Below are positions 49,631 to 63,334 of a stretch of DNA of 64,000 nucleotides, piece by piece. The translations under genes and the position numbers were made by a program. Below the pieces are notes generated by a model. The model was not told the origin of the DNA. It saw only the letters and a program-made list of their open reading frames with translations, and did no database searches. The DNA comes from Owenia fusiformis (Eukaryota). The first letter of the stretch is position 1. Every line of letters begins with the position of its first letter. The stretch is taken from assembly GCA_903813345.2 (NCBI GenBank), contig CAIIXF020000001.1, positions 31,310,001 to 31,374,000 on the forward strand, in the 5' to 3' direction.

Positions 49631-51271
49631 GTAATGAATTTTCTAATTTGAGAGCCTAACAGTTTGATTTTTGTTACCTTTAATCTTACTATATTAGTTA
49701 TTAAAGCAGCTACAAGGACTGTGAAGAGAAAAATGGATAAATTTTACCTTTTCAGAGCTATTGGGCGAAGTTTGGTCTAACATCTTCTTCCTTATTCCTA
49801 TTTTATTAAAATGTATGCATATGGCAATATTCATCAACCAGTATAACAGATAAATAGTTTAGAATCTATAATTCTATACAAGGAGTTGCACTTATAGATT
49901 TTTCTAATTCTTTCCAAGTCGACGTCAAAACACCTAGTGGGTGAAATTGAAACTAATTTTTCTGGCTGCTTGAGTTGATAAAATATCTGATAGTGTGAGT
50001 CTTTTATGAAAACATTCCTTACAGAAATCACTTGACAATTATTAGAAAACATTAAAGGGCGAATCCAAAGCGTAATCTGAAATAAAAGTGAAAAAATATT
50101 GCATGGACGTTAGAGAACAAACTTCTTGTTTAATGAAAAATGGCGGAGATTAAGGAGAAGAAAAAGACGAAGAATTAGAGGATTTTCTTTAGCTATTATC
50201 AATCGATATAATGTATGTGCACAAATTCTAGTTGGATACATAGAAAAAAGATACATTTTTAAAGGCTATAACATATTCAAAGCTTTCATTTTACGATAGG
50301 CCCAGGATCACTGGATACGACTCGACTTTTAACAAGAATACTATAATAAATCTTGGGGTTTGGGTGGCTAGGCAATGGTGTTATCAGTAGAGGTGTCACA
50401 GATACCCGATTTTGTTCCATTCCGCGAAACTAGGCTCTCGGGTCGGAACACAGAACAATTATTCAACATTTTGGTTTGGTTCTGGAAGAAGAGCATCGTA
50501 CCTTTACACAGCTTTTAGCCCTCAAATCGCCGCAAAAAGGCATTTTTTCTTTTCATCGAAAGAAGTCCATTTTTTCACTCCTTATCATTGAAGAGTTTTC
50601 AAGAGGTTTTTGCTACCAGATAGGTTTATCTTTCTTGAGTAGTATAATCTGCGACTTTGCACTGATCATGGCGGCGGCTAAACTCGAAATGTCAAATGAG
50701 CTTAAACCCGAGTAACAATGTATTGAAGACGCTTCAAAGGACAGGAAAATCCACGTTTGGAAAAATTGCGGTAATCCTGTGATCGGCGGTTAGCTTCTGA
50801 GCGGGACCAGAGTGCCTTTAAAGATGTGAGGTTCAAATAACAGACGCACAAAGTGAATTGATCGTTAATTTTTGTTTTCCTTCCCAGTTCGAATGGGAGA
50901 TCCACTTCTAGGACACGTCACACATAGATCTAATTTTGTATTTCCTGTACAAGCTAGATATCCAGTCATTGTCGATATACTTGCAAAATTAAGTACTTTT
51001 GTTGCAAATGACTAGATCTTGTCCTACAATAAATGGGGCGAGTTTGAATATAATACACATGGTCATTTTGTTCCGGAACCGTTCCGAAATTGTTCTGTTC
51101 CGAAGCCAAATGTAGTTTCCAGCCACATTCATTAAAACATGAACAAAATATTTAACATTAAATTATGCCTTTATAGAGGGAATCAGATATAGCGAGCAGG
51201 CTAAAGAAAAAATTGTTTCAATTTTAGAATATTTTTGGCTCATGTCATTGTCATTGCCATGTCTATTTTCT

Positions 51272-52296
51272 AACAATGAAGGACCCACGGTCCTATGCTC
51301 ACACAGTTTGGAACCTTCAGAGGAATTTATATCCTGACTTTCAAACAAAAATATTGATTTGGATTTGTAGTCTCGAACTTTGAGAAACTTAGATAGCATA
51401 GTTATGTGACCTAGTTTGATGACCTTTGACCTTGAAAATTTCACACATTCAGAGCTCAGTAAGGTCTTTTGTGATTAAGCTGACCAAAATTTACATCCAA
51501 AAATCAAATTGAAAAATCAACTTTTTTTGACCTTTCGAAGGTCAGTGAAGGTCAAGTAAAGGTCAAATCCTAAAACTAATGTCAGATTTGAACTCCTGGC
51601 AACTTGTAGATGATTTTCAAAAAAAAAATTGGTCAAATTGAAGCAAGTTGAAAAATAACTTATTTTTACTGTTTTTTGACGTCAAATATTTCAAAAACGG
51701 TAAAAATTTGATGCTGACATATATTGAGAAATATGTAGGGAATGCTTAAATCTATTAATGATGTAATTTATTGCAGGAAATGATCAAGTATAAGGCAAAC
51801 TTTAAGAATCTTGTCAATCACAAAACCTGCCATTGACTTTATACATGAGAAAGTTTCCTGAAAATGACTTAAGTCCTACTTTTTTTCAAATTTTATAGAG
51901 TAAACACCAAAAACCGTAATTTTAAGAGCTTTGAAATCTTCAGAGGACATAAGTTGCATATACACCAACTACTAAAAGTTATTTGAAAGTTCTACTTCAA
52001 CAAAGTGTCTAGTATTTACAGAAAAGTTGACTTTTTGATGTCAAAATCCGCAATTTCTCGGAAACCGGGCGAACTTGGGAAATGGCGATGATAGGTCAAA
52101 TAGGCATTATGGATATGCATAAAATGAATGTGAATATGACTCAATCCGAATAGCAGTTTTAATTTGTGCAGCCAATGTTGACGGACGGACGGACCAACGG
52201 ACGGACGGACGGACCAACGGACGAACGGACGGACGGACGGACCAACGGACGGACGGACGCCTGGTCGATCCCATAGGCTCACTGTGTGAGCCAAAA
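51272..52296 (+). mobile_element. Helentron/HINE-like non-autonomous element in a VWA-gene intron
   Basis: Subterminal inverted repeats gctcacacag (51297-51306) and ctgtgtgagc (52282-52291). 3' hairpin ggctcac-tgt-gtgagcc, (GACG)n at 52179-52259, TGACCTT motifs. Confidence 0.75.
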
Positions 52297-52595
52297 ATCA
52301 CAAAAGTGCATACTTTATTCCAGGAAAACTAAAGATTTTTACATTAATGTATTATTTACCATTTGGTTACCATTCTTATTATTTGGGAGAATCTAAACAT
52401 TTTCCACTCATTTTTGCACTTTGAATCATTAATAACTTCAACAATTTATAACATATTGTGAATCTTTTGGGAGATATTGTATTTGATATTGTAAGGAATA
52501 AATTGGTAGGTCAATTATACATGTTGCTTGTAATTTTGTCACTCCTTATAGATCAGATTCTGCCTTTAAATCTGGGTACAGATTTATGGTTTCAG

Positions 52596-52750
52596 ATTCT
52601 AAAATCCAAATTTCTAAACACATAGATTATCAGAATGCTGATTTGTTATTTAAAGGTAAGCTGAATGTAAAAGCAGGTATACAACAGGTTATCATAGGCC
52701 TACCTAACGCAAATGATTTAAAGGATGGCATTATTGAATGGGAAAAAGTG
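52596..52750 (+). CDS. VWA protein exon 7 (5' boundary uncertain): ...VKAGIQQVIIGLPNANDLKDGIIEWEKV
   Basis: AGIQQVIIG matches a VWA strand. Donor GTG|gtatgt. Phase-1 acceptors are possible at 52557 or 52596. Confidence 0.65.
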
Positions 52751-52927
52751 GTATGTCTCTATTTTGGTTTTTACCTTTCGTTTTTACTCATAGATTTGTT
52801 TGTTAAACACAATTTCCAAAGTGGCACCATTTGCGATTGCCGATAATGAAACAAAATCAAATAATTTTGTATGAATGAAATGGCAAGCCAATAACATAAA
52901 ATATGACATAAGATTCTGTAATTTCAG

Positions 52928-53044
52928 CAACCTAACCCTAACCTGATTTTCAATCTGCAAACAGAAGATTATACACCTGAAAGTTTTAAGAAACTTTTGA
53001 CTATCACATCAGAGATTTCAGCAACTGCATGTTCTGCGACGTAA
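52928..53044 (+). CDS. VWA protein exon 8: QPNPNLIFNLQTEDYTPESFKKLLTITSEISATACSAT-stop (or spliced at 53040)
   Basis: Acceptor atttcag. The SF..L..I....C pattern closes a VWA domain. AC|GTAAGT is both a donor and an in-frame ACG TAA. Confidence 0.75.
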   Translation, partial: QPNPNLIFNLQTEDYTPESFKKLLTITSEISATACSAT

Positions 53045-55217
53045 GTATATTCATAATATAAAGTTTGCGGATTGGATGACGCAATATCATCAATAGGCTA
53101 AATGATAGAAGACTCATTTGATTGTTGATCAGTGACGTATTTCCGTACAATCTATGTATTCAAAGCCGAACCTTTTATTATGGTTTAATTGTATGCTGGC
53201 TATGTTGCTCATAGCATGACAAAAATAGCCCCGATATAGTGAATGACAGTCTCTATCAATGAAATAAAAACAATACCTTTTGATTTTTAGGAAGAATGAG
53301 TTAGTGGTTGGATAGCACTTACATGAAATCACTTGACAGATCATTGGAACAAAGACATGAAAGACTGAAAAAACTGTTAAAATTCTAATATTAAATAAAC
53401 AATTTCTTGCTTGAAAATGATTATGCAAAGCATTGTTGTTGTTACTCCAAGAAATTGAATTCTTCCACAAAATATATGTTCTCCACTCAGAAAACATTTG
53501 TTAGGGGTCAGAACAATATTTTGATAACAATGGATTGGCCTTGTGAGATGTTTACAATGTTTACATGTGAACCACATATTTTTAATATGAAACTTATACC
53601 TGAGGTTTAAAAATGAGGTACATATATTTTTTTTTATAAAATGTTCATGATATAATTATGTTTCAAAAATACATGTGTAGCAAAAAGGAGGGGTCACTGA
53701 CTTCATTATTTGCTTGAATCTAGAAAGCATTTTCATTCCATTCCCATGTTGGGATATAGGAGAGTAAGGGTTTAAAAGGTAAATTATATATCCAAACTGT
53801 ACTTTTCATTTTACACATTGAATACCTTACTGTATTGTTAATGTAAGGGTACGTGTACATGAAAAAAATGTCACCACCGCTATTTGTTACAGACACCACT
53901 GTCGGACAACATCTCCAAAAAAGTTGGAAACTATCAACATTTAAAATTATGTTACCACTTTTAGAAGTGACATAAAGAATCCTAGGGAATGACTGCTTTC
54001 CAAAAAATATGTTTTACATTTCTTATCTAATCTTTTGTTAAACTTTTATGCCCAAGTGTGACAAACATGTATCAAAAATGTCAGTATATGGTGTAATTCA
54101 TTGAATCTTTTCAAACTACATGTATATTCATGCAAACTAAAAATGATTTAGAACAGTATGATATCTCGAAATATGACCTAAAGCTTTTAACATTCATGAA
54201 ATCAGTTCTCCTTTGCTAATGTATGGATACATTGTTTGCCAATATATAACTACCTTAAGGCATTTATTTTTTGTTATATATCAATAATACAGTACTTTTG
54301 ATTTAAAACACAATTGCAACCTTAAACATAGCAATTGTCCAGGTCAGCTTGATATACTGTAGTTTCATTGAGTACTCTGTTGCCAAGCAACAACATCATC
54401 ATTCAATGGGAGAAAAATGACATTTGATTCCTGGAGACTGCATATTCATTGACATTAACCAATTACACGCTAAACTACAAACCCGGGCTGTTTCTATTTC
54501 ACTTCAATATTTGCATAGAAAGTCAATTCAAAAGTGATTACAGTAATATTAATGTTCCCTTGGTGGAGTTATCCAGAGGTGGCATCCAATACTTGACAAC
54601 TTGACACTCAAGGAGCTATGTACATGACCCAAAAGATTGCAAACACTACCACAGACCATGGCATCTAACATTTAGTTAATATTCATTCACTTTGGTGTCT
54701 GAAAATGAAAGTTTGGAATTTGTTTAGAGGAATTTCCTGAATTGTTAAAGACTGAGAGCGGGTATAAAAGGCAGATGGAACAGCCCACAAAAGCCAAATA
54801 TGGCAGTTTAAAGGTCCAGTTCAAACAAAATGAGAAAATTTTCAAACTTTCTGCTGTAACAAGATTGTTATGATGAGTTACAAGCTCTTTTTTGTTACAG
54901 TGGTTCTGGTTCATGAATCTATAATGACTATAAATTTCAAATCAAATTCTGAAAATGTTGTTTAGTTTTTGTGAAATAAGACAATTTCTTTTTGTAAATA
55001 TGCTCATTAGCATAACTGACAGTTTAAATTTTAGCCAATGGGCATCTCTTATCCGTTTAGAAGTAAACAAACATAGCATAAGGCTGTATCTCACTTGTAG
55101 CAGACCATGTGTTTCTGTTTATGCTGGACATTTAAACTGGCCACATTAGCACTGATTGGCTGAGCTGTGACAGCTTGATTAATAGCTTCACCCGGGTCCA
55201 AATCTCTGGGCCTTTAA

Positions 55218-56001
55218 AGTCCCCATGTAAAGTTTGAAAATATTTTTTTATCATTCATTTACTATTTGTCATGACTTTAAAAGTTATTTTAGAGATTTTT
55301 GAAAAAATTTGAAAAAGGTTATGAGCATTCATTTCTCAAATATTCAAATTTCCCGCCATTTTTCAAAAAAGTTGAAGTTTTTTATTCATCAAATATTTCT
55401 TCATACATTTCAAAAAAGATTATCTTTTTAACACCAATGCAAAGATTGAACAAAGGACACACTATTTCAATAATAAAATGCCATATTTATGGGCCACATC
55501 AATGTTTTAGCATATCAAAAATATTTTGATATATATTTTGAATATTACATTAGTGATGTCATTATGACTCACTCAGGTGGCAAAAAACTTCTATAATAAA
55601 CCAATGTTGATTGTCTAACCAGGTTAAAAGGAAGAATATATTATGTTTTAGATATCATTGTACCATTGGTTTCTAGAACTAAAATTTTGAAATGCATTTT
55701 TCTCTGAACCATTTTCATGCACTGATAAGTTCATTTCTCGCTTATTTATGAACTGATTTTCTTATTTTTTCAGCAAAAACATGCGACGATGAATGCTATG
55801 CATTGGTATGAATCGTGGCTATTACTAAAAGATATGTGTGACCTCTAAAAGTTAGTTTAAAATAAATACACGATTTTTTCAACAAAAAGTCCTTCAAAAA
55901 CCCCTTTTGAAATTAAGAAAAAGGTTTCACATATCACACTTTGATAACATTGGATAAGACAACCCTATAAGCCAAAGTGGTTTAAACTTTATACAGGGAC
56001 T
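55218..56001. mobile_element. MITE with TTAA TSD and AG/CT termini (Kolobok-like)
   Basis: ttaa|agtccccatgtaaagtttgaaa at the left end and tttaaactttatacagggact|ttaa at the right end. Confidence 0.65.
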
Positions 56002-57212
56002 TTAAATCTGAAAATAGTGAACAATACAAACCATAATAGCATATATCACTCTGTTAGAAACATCTGTTCCTTCTGAATTAATGACCTTTTCATGAATTTT
56101 CATCAAGGTATCAACATTTGTGTATTATAGTGGTCTCATTTGCATATGATGAATGTTATTCTCTTTTTACAATCAATTAGCAAGGCAAAATAGCATGATT
56201 ACAATTGCACCAAGCACAAAAACATAGCCATGTGTTTTAATACATGTTAGGCGATTATATTAATGCATTGAAAAGAGAACAATGAAAAAATAGCATCCGT
56301 CCTTTTTGGTCTTGATATCAGAATAAACATTATACAAGTTTGTACTTCATAATAAAATTAATTTGGCTTCTCTAGCTAATATAACTGAAAAAACTAAAAT
56401 AAAATTGTTCTTCCATGTCAAATCGTTCATGTACAGATCCATGTTTTCTTCCCAGATTTCAAGTTTATACAATACAATGTATAAAATAAACCATGTTTCT
56501 AGGTCTTCTATTTCCACTGTAAATATTTTGACACAACTCCCTATTTTATTTCTAGCTGTAGCAACTTCAAGAAACCTTATTTACCAATTAATCTACATGG
56601 GTTTACCCCAACAGGAATTTTATGTTAGGTTTATTGACCAACAAAAATCAGATTGCCTTTTATCATGGAACTTGGGGAGCAGTAACTTAGAATCACTTCA
56701 AATAGATTTTCTATGGCGAGACAAAATAAAAGGAATCAGTCTACGTTAGTGAGCTTTTACTTACAGATATACAGCGTGTAATTATGCAAATTAATGTAGT
56801 GTGTGGATTTTCTTAATAATATTATTAAATGCTAAAAGTGAAGTATTCTTATAGAGACAGAATGCTATATATGTATATATAAACAGTAAAAGACCACCAG
56901 GTAAACAAATGTAGTACTAAAACCTGAAAACATTTAACTATTACTTCAAGTCCCCAACATAAAAAACTAAAAAGTTGAATCAAATTGTTTCACATAAAAC
57001 ATCACAGGTCCTTATAAATGTAACTTAATTTTACAACTTGAGATTCCAGAAGTATGATGTGATATATTGCATTGAGCTGAGTGTGAGTTTCTGATCTCTA
57101 ATGCTCAAATAACCTTCTTGGTAAAGCACTTCAATCAACACAAAAAAAGGAAATCCCAATAGAACCTCAAGTACATAGATTTTTGAAGTGGCCCCATCCA
57201 TCTTACTAAAGC

Positions 57213-57726
57213 CAGCGCTTGCATTAGGTTAGAAAATTTGTGAGTCCAAAGGACGCAATTTTTTTAAAAAGTGTGTCCTTTGAAAAAAAAGTGTGTCCCT
57301 TATTTTTCAGTTTTTGATTTCTTGCCGCGAATTAAAACGGAAGTAAACGTTAAGTACGGACTGAATAAATGCATGTTCGTTCATTCGACAATGAATACAT
57401 TTTATTTCATGAATAACCTAATATTTGTTTCTGAATAGGAAAAACTGTGGCGTGTCATGGTTTCAAATCTAAAAATAAACCAAGTCGAAAAAATTCGAGA
57501 GAATCATGATTATTTGTAAATATTCAACATGTTGAGCCTTATTTACGATTCAAATAAAGGTGAGAGATCATAATTATTTGTTTTTGTTAGGTATCGTTGT
57601 AAACACATTGTAGAATTGACCTAAAAAAAATTTGCGTCCAAAAAACGGAAATATTTTTAATTTTTGCGTCCTCCAAATTATTTTTGAGTCCTTAACATGT
57701 ACGGGACGCCGTTAATGCAAGCCCTG
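57213..57726. mobile_element. hAT-like MITE with CAG termini and 5-bp TSD AAAGC
   Basis: TIRs cagcgcttgcatta / taatgcaagccctg, aaagc on both sides, subterminal GGACGC/GCGTCC motifs. Confidence 0.72.
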
Positions 57727-59726
57727 AAAGCACTAGGTGCCTCTATTCCCATAGAACCATACAAAACTGACACAGTAAGCAGGATTCTCTGTATTAAAAA
57801 GCTATAATTGAGAATTAAGTTGGTTAAGAATTGAAAAAAGCAAAAATGAAAAACAGAAAAAATTAAAATGCTTGCAATACATCAAAAATCTTGATAAAAT
57901 TCTGATTCAGAAAATGATGGGAGTTTAAAATACCAGAGTTTAAGTGAAGTATAATACAAGATGTTCCTTTATTTCCACCTGGGCCTGGCTAAGATTATTC
58001 TAAAACATATCTCAAGGTAATTTCCAGATGGCATCATTGGTGTATTGGAGCATCAAACCAATATTTAGATTACTTTGATATCTGTTTGTAAACATAACAC
58101 AAACTATTAATACAGTTACACTAGGCTTCTGATTTTTTAGCTTTCATCTATAATTTAATCTGTATCTCTAACAAACAACCAGGGAGCTGTATCTTCCTCC
58201 AGATAACCTCCCCATGTATAAAATAAGTCAAAATGTTACTAAAATCGAACTACTAGAGTAGTATGAGCAGGATACACAAAAAGTAATACTCTATGTTATA
58301 TATAGATAGTATATTTTAGTAAGAAGAAAAGAAAAAGGGAGAAAATCTAATAATAAGTATGCTTTGAGATAGAAAGAAAGATGAAAGAAAGAGAGAAGGA
58401 AAGACAAGGAATGAGCCTAATCTGAATATCATCTTGGCCTGGGTTATCTTGTCCACAGAGAAGATCTGTGTTCTACACTTGGGAAAGAAGTGTTCATCTC
58501 TATGGGTGTCCAGAACTTAATACCATACCCTATGCCCTATACGGGAAGGGAGGTCATTATCTAACTTTCTTTAAGAGAGCCCATCTTAAAACTGCCTAAA
58601 GTGAGTTCTTGGCAAGTGTTACCATACGTAGGTATAATGTCCAAACGTGGAAATCACGTAGGTGTAAGGCCTTTTAATGAAAACACTTGCCAAAATGTTA
58701 AAATGTTTGTTTCGGCAGATTTGTAAAAAATCTTTATAGCAAAATGTACTATGATAATAAAAACACAACAACAACAACAAAAACATTTAGATTTCAGATG
58801 ACAGCTCTTGTCATCAAGCCTCTTTTGGAAAACTCAATAGCTTTTCAGCTTTTGACAATATGAAGTATAAAACATGGTGTGACACTGATCTGTTTGTCAG
58901 TATCTGATACGTCATAAAGACACAATACCTCTTGGTGTCAGATAGTATGTGCCAATAAACCAAGACTAACACCAAAGCACATAATCCTTTATTGTTTTAC
59001 TGGTTTTATCAGTCTATAAAAGTAATGAACAGAGATAAACAATAGCATATCATGAGATAAATAACACATAAAATGTGAAGGCCTCTCTTATCCCTTTGTT
59101 TCATAATTGCCATACCTATGATAAGTGCTAAAGATCAGCAATGGTCCAGTCAAATCTGAGAAATTATCTTTATTGCTATGTATATTCAAATCTACATGAA
59201 GAAATATAATCATAAAAACTGATAACATTTGAACCTAAGTTAATCTCATTTCAGTGACTAGGACTATTTCTCGAACTGTTGTCCTAGAAAAATTATCAAT
59301 AGGACTCCATACAAATGAAATATTGCAAGCTATATCATTTGAGAAAATGCACCTAAACATACTCAAAACTTTTAACAATGCATAACTGATACCACCTTAT
59401 TTAAACAACATGGTATTTAAATGTCAACTGATGTTTATAATGATTCACAAGCTAGACTTTATATCCATAAGCCTCCTTACTCATCATAAAAACCTCATAT
59501 CATCAACAGTACCATCAAATCATTCACAAAAATAGAGAATTCAATATAAACACATTTTATTCATAAAAGACAATGGTAACTTGATTGTTTTTAATCACTA
59601 CACCTGGTATAGAGAATATATGATAGCATCTAAATCTAAAAGGTCCCAAAGTAGTTATGTTGACTCACCATCCCCCTTGGCAACATGTTTTAAGTATAGG
59701 AAGGTAAATTGCACTGAGGTACCAAA

Positions 59727-60626
59727 CTGAGTGTATGTGCTGTATGCTGCATTTTTAGGCATACACTATTCCTACAACTGTGGTGAATGTGCTATATGTT
59801 GCACCTTAAGGCATCCTCTATTTTAACATCTTAGATGAGTGTGCTATATGCTGCACCTTAAAGCATACACACTATTCTTACAACTGTGGTGAATGTGCTA
59901 TATGCTGCACCTTAAGGCATCCTCTATTTTAACAACTTAGGTGAGTGTGCTATATGCTGCACCTTAAAGCATACACACTACTCTTACAACTGTGGTGAAT
60001 GTGCTATATGCTGCACCTTAAGGCATCCTCTATTTTAACAACTTAGGTGAGTGTGCTATATGCTGCACCTTAAAGCATACACACTATTCTTACAACTGTG
60101 GTGAATGTGCTATATGCTGCACCTTAAGGCATCCTCTATTTTAACAACTTAGGTGAGTGTGCTATATGCTGCACCTTAAAGCATACACACTATTCTTACA
60201 ACTGTGGTGAATGTGCTATATGCTGCACCTTAAAGCATACACTATTCTTACAACTGTGGTGAATGTGCTATGTGTTGCACCTTAAGGCATCCTCTATTTC
60301 AACAACTTATGTGAGTGTGCTATATGCTGCACCTTAAAGCATACACACTATTCTTACAACTGTGGTGAATGTGCTATATGCTGCACCTTAAGGCATCCTC
60401 TATTTTAACAACTTAGGTGAGTGTGCTATATGCTGCACCTTAAAGCATACACACTATTCTTACAACTGTGGTGAATGTGCTATATGCTGCACCTTAAAGC
60501 ATACACTATTCTTACAACTGTGGTGAATGTGCTATATGCTGCACCTTAAGGCATACACACTATTCTTACAACTGTGGTGAATGTGCTATATGCTGCACCT
60601 TAAGGCATACACTATTCTTACAACTG
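59727..60626. repeat. Minisatellite/satellite array, 52-54-bp monomers largely organised as 106-bp dimers, about 17 monomers
   Basis: The core tgtgctatatgctgcaccttaa(a/g)gcat recurs with two alternating variable segments. Confidence 0.95.
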
Positions 60627-60675
60627 GGGTATTCAATAGATCACTAAAACCATAAATGAGCGTTATGTTATTGTA

Positions 60676-60752
60676 GGTTTTGAATATGGGGTATATCTTG
60701 AGGGAAATATAGATATCATATTTCTTGAGAAATATACCCCATATTCAAAACC
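60676..60752. repeat. Palindromic hairpin, probably part of a small MITE
   Basis: ggttttgaatatggggtatat ... atataccccatattcaaaacc form an inverted pair. Confidence 0.7.
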
Positions 60753-61576
60753 GAGCATCACGTAACTAATTTATCCTATGACAAGTGAGTATAAGTTCAA
60801 ATATAACCTTCCACCCCACTTAGCCAAATTTTGAAAACCAGTCATGGATGAAGACAAGAAGTAAAATTTCACCCTCAATCCACCAACATTAGACAACTAG
60901 CACACAACTAATATACACATGTGGTCAAGTTATGCTTCACACCTGGTTACAGTATGTATAAAAATATGTTATATGGCTGAATCTGAAATACATCAGATTC
61001 TGGTAATCAAGTATGCAAGAAGCAGGTGCTACTTAAGGTAATGGCTTGAATCCTTATATTTCATAGGTTCCAGATGGATAACTAGCACACCAACTGTTGG
61101 CCCATGCAGGTTGAGACTCATATATAGATAGGATACAATAATATAGGAACACATTAGGGTCACAGGTTAATCATTATAGATCACAGGTTGGTAAATGAGG
61201 ATTCAAGATCTGTGAATGATAAAAGAGACAGAACACTTCAGTCTAAATCTACAATTAACCTTAGGGCAATATCTGATAAATGTGCAGAATCTTTTCTAAT
61301 CATGGTATGATTCCAGAAAGATTCACTGGGTGCCTCGTGAAATACAGACTTATTTCACTTAAATCATTAGATAACTTATACTGTCAAAAATAAGTTGAAC
61401 ATTCATTATGAAACATTACATATCCAGTCTTTGATGAAAATGTCAGGCAATATGACCCTGATCAGGAAATAGGAACTATGAGTGTTCATGCTTAGAATAC
61501 TATTGCCGTAATACTCATTCATGTATCTAACAAACTAAATATTCTAATATTTTTCAAGCAGAAGAAACAAGATAAA

Positions 61577-61954
61577 AACCCTGCGTGCAGAGTCTAGTTA
61601 AACTACACTCTGCCTAGTAGAGACCATATTACAGTTTAGTAGCCCCGCCCTTACGACGGGTACCGGTGAAAGTTTGGGTAATAAATCACTTCTGACTTAC
61701 GCGCTGACCTATCTTCCACTAATCAGCGAGCTTGAAGAAACATACGCCAAATGCGTTCTAATTAATTATGCGCATGTCATTGGTTAATTCCGGGCTCAAC
61801 GATGACGTCAGAAGGAATGACCATATATAGAACGTCGGTCAAATTTGGCCGACGACCACTGATTGGCGCGGTGAGTTCACAGGTTTATTTTAGTTTGAAA
61901 GAGTGAAGACGAAGCTCTCTTTTAAGAAGTGAAGTCAAACGAATGCAAAGGGTA
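61577..61954. mobile_element. Non-autonomous DNA element, copy 2, with 9-bp TSD CAAGATAAA
   Basis: Near-identical to 10140..10522. caagataaa occurs at 61568-61576 and 61955-61963. Confidence 0.88.
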
Positions 61955-62339
61955 CAAGATAAAGTGATTTCCTTATGTATGTTTTAGTATTCCCTTCATG
62001 TTAGCATTCCAAAACTACAACATATCAGGGAGCTTGTTGAACAAAGATATCACAGTATTATACTATATACTCTATATCTGACATCCTTTGCTCCTATCTA
62101 CCACAAAGAGTTAGTCTGTGACCATAATCATTCACCTATACAGGATAGAAACTTCAGAGAGGAGATACAAACACAACATTGCATTATCAAGCAAGACAGC
62201 TGGCTGCCTGTTAAATCTTACCTGCCAAATTCTAATCAAGCTGTACCTTGATATAAACACAGAAATATCAATTTTCACATTAATTACCCCAGAGAGCAAC
62301 ATCATGAATCTTCGCTGTAGGATGATCATATATACTCAC

Positions 62340-62366
62340 CTTTAGAGATAGCGGACTGTCTGTCAT
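62340..62366 (-). CDS. PTBP1: Candidate distal alternative PTBP first coding exon: MTDSPLSLK
   Basis: ATG ACA GAC AGT CCG CTA TCT CTA AAG|gtgagt, phase 0. Confidence 0.5.
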
Positions 62367-63334
62367 CTGAGAGAACTAACGTATTGTAATAGTCCTCACT
62401 CCAACTGGGGATAGATGCTTCTGCAGCCAATTATTCTTATAATCTAGAGTAATCATCAAGCTTCCAGTATAATTATCTGTCTTTCCATTGTCAATGAATT
62501 ATTGCAATAAGCTTCACTTGCTTTTGTTTGAAGTCTGGATAGTGGAAAATATAAGTTGACTAGGAGAATAAATGCTGAAGTAACATAACTAGCTTGAATC
62601 GTTGATTCAACCCTCAATTGACTCTCATCATTAGTATGGAGAGCACCCTTTGAAATTAGCTCCAAGCCCTCTCTATACCATCTGCATAAATTGATTACAA
62701 CTTGTAAATGGATCAGTGATGGTACTGTACTGCTACATTATTATATTACAAGGCATGGAGGGCTCCTCTATGATTTTAACCAACGACATAATTGAATTCC
62801 ATACAAACCAAGTGCAAATTCAAGCTGACATTATACCCTGTTTATAATGTTAGTGTGGTAAAATTATCTCTAATCAGTAACAAAGTAAATTAACAATTTT
62901 GTCATAAGTCATCGGGGAGGATTTTTTTCAGGACATAGCTATACTACTTGAAACCTAATAAGAATCTCCTATCCATTCATAGAGGGAACTTTTCTATAGC
63001 ATATTTCTGGAGTTTAATGAAATCAATTAGAGCAAGTATCTACTATAGTATCTACTAGCATCTTCCTTTATGTAGCATTTTACATCCTCAATCATTTCCA
63101 ATGCATCAAATTATGAAAATAAAAAACTAAGCTTGAGAATACAACCTAAAATATATTTTGACCAGTTTAAACACATTTCTGAGAGATATTAAACTGCTTC
63201 AAGTTAAGAACACCGTTAACTGCACACAGAACAACAACTTCAAAAGGTCAATGATTCAATGAGTTAAAGTACATGTATGTTGAACAACATTCAATTATGC
63301 CTGTTTCATAAAAATAAAGAACATAAAAACTTAC

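Noticed and set aside
52016..52301. RPSV-repeat ORFs, and the similar ORF at 43313..43555
   Set aside because: They are products of (GACG)n microsatellites inside HINE-like elements.
53129..56749. ORFs of 122 aa (53129..53497) and 128 aa (56363..56749) and other short ORFs
   Set aside because: AT-rich composition, no domain motifs and no supported splice structure.
59727..60626. CRISPR-like repeat/spacer appearance
   Set aside because: The intervening segments are just two recurring variants, not unique spacers. The context is eukaryotic and there are no cas genes.
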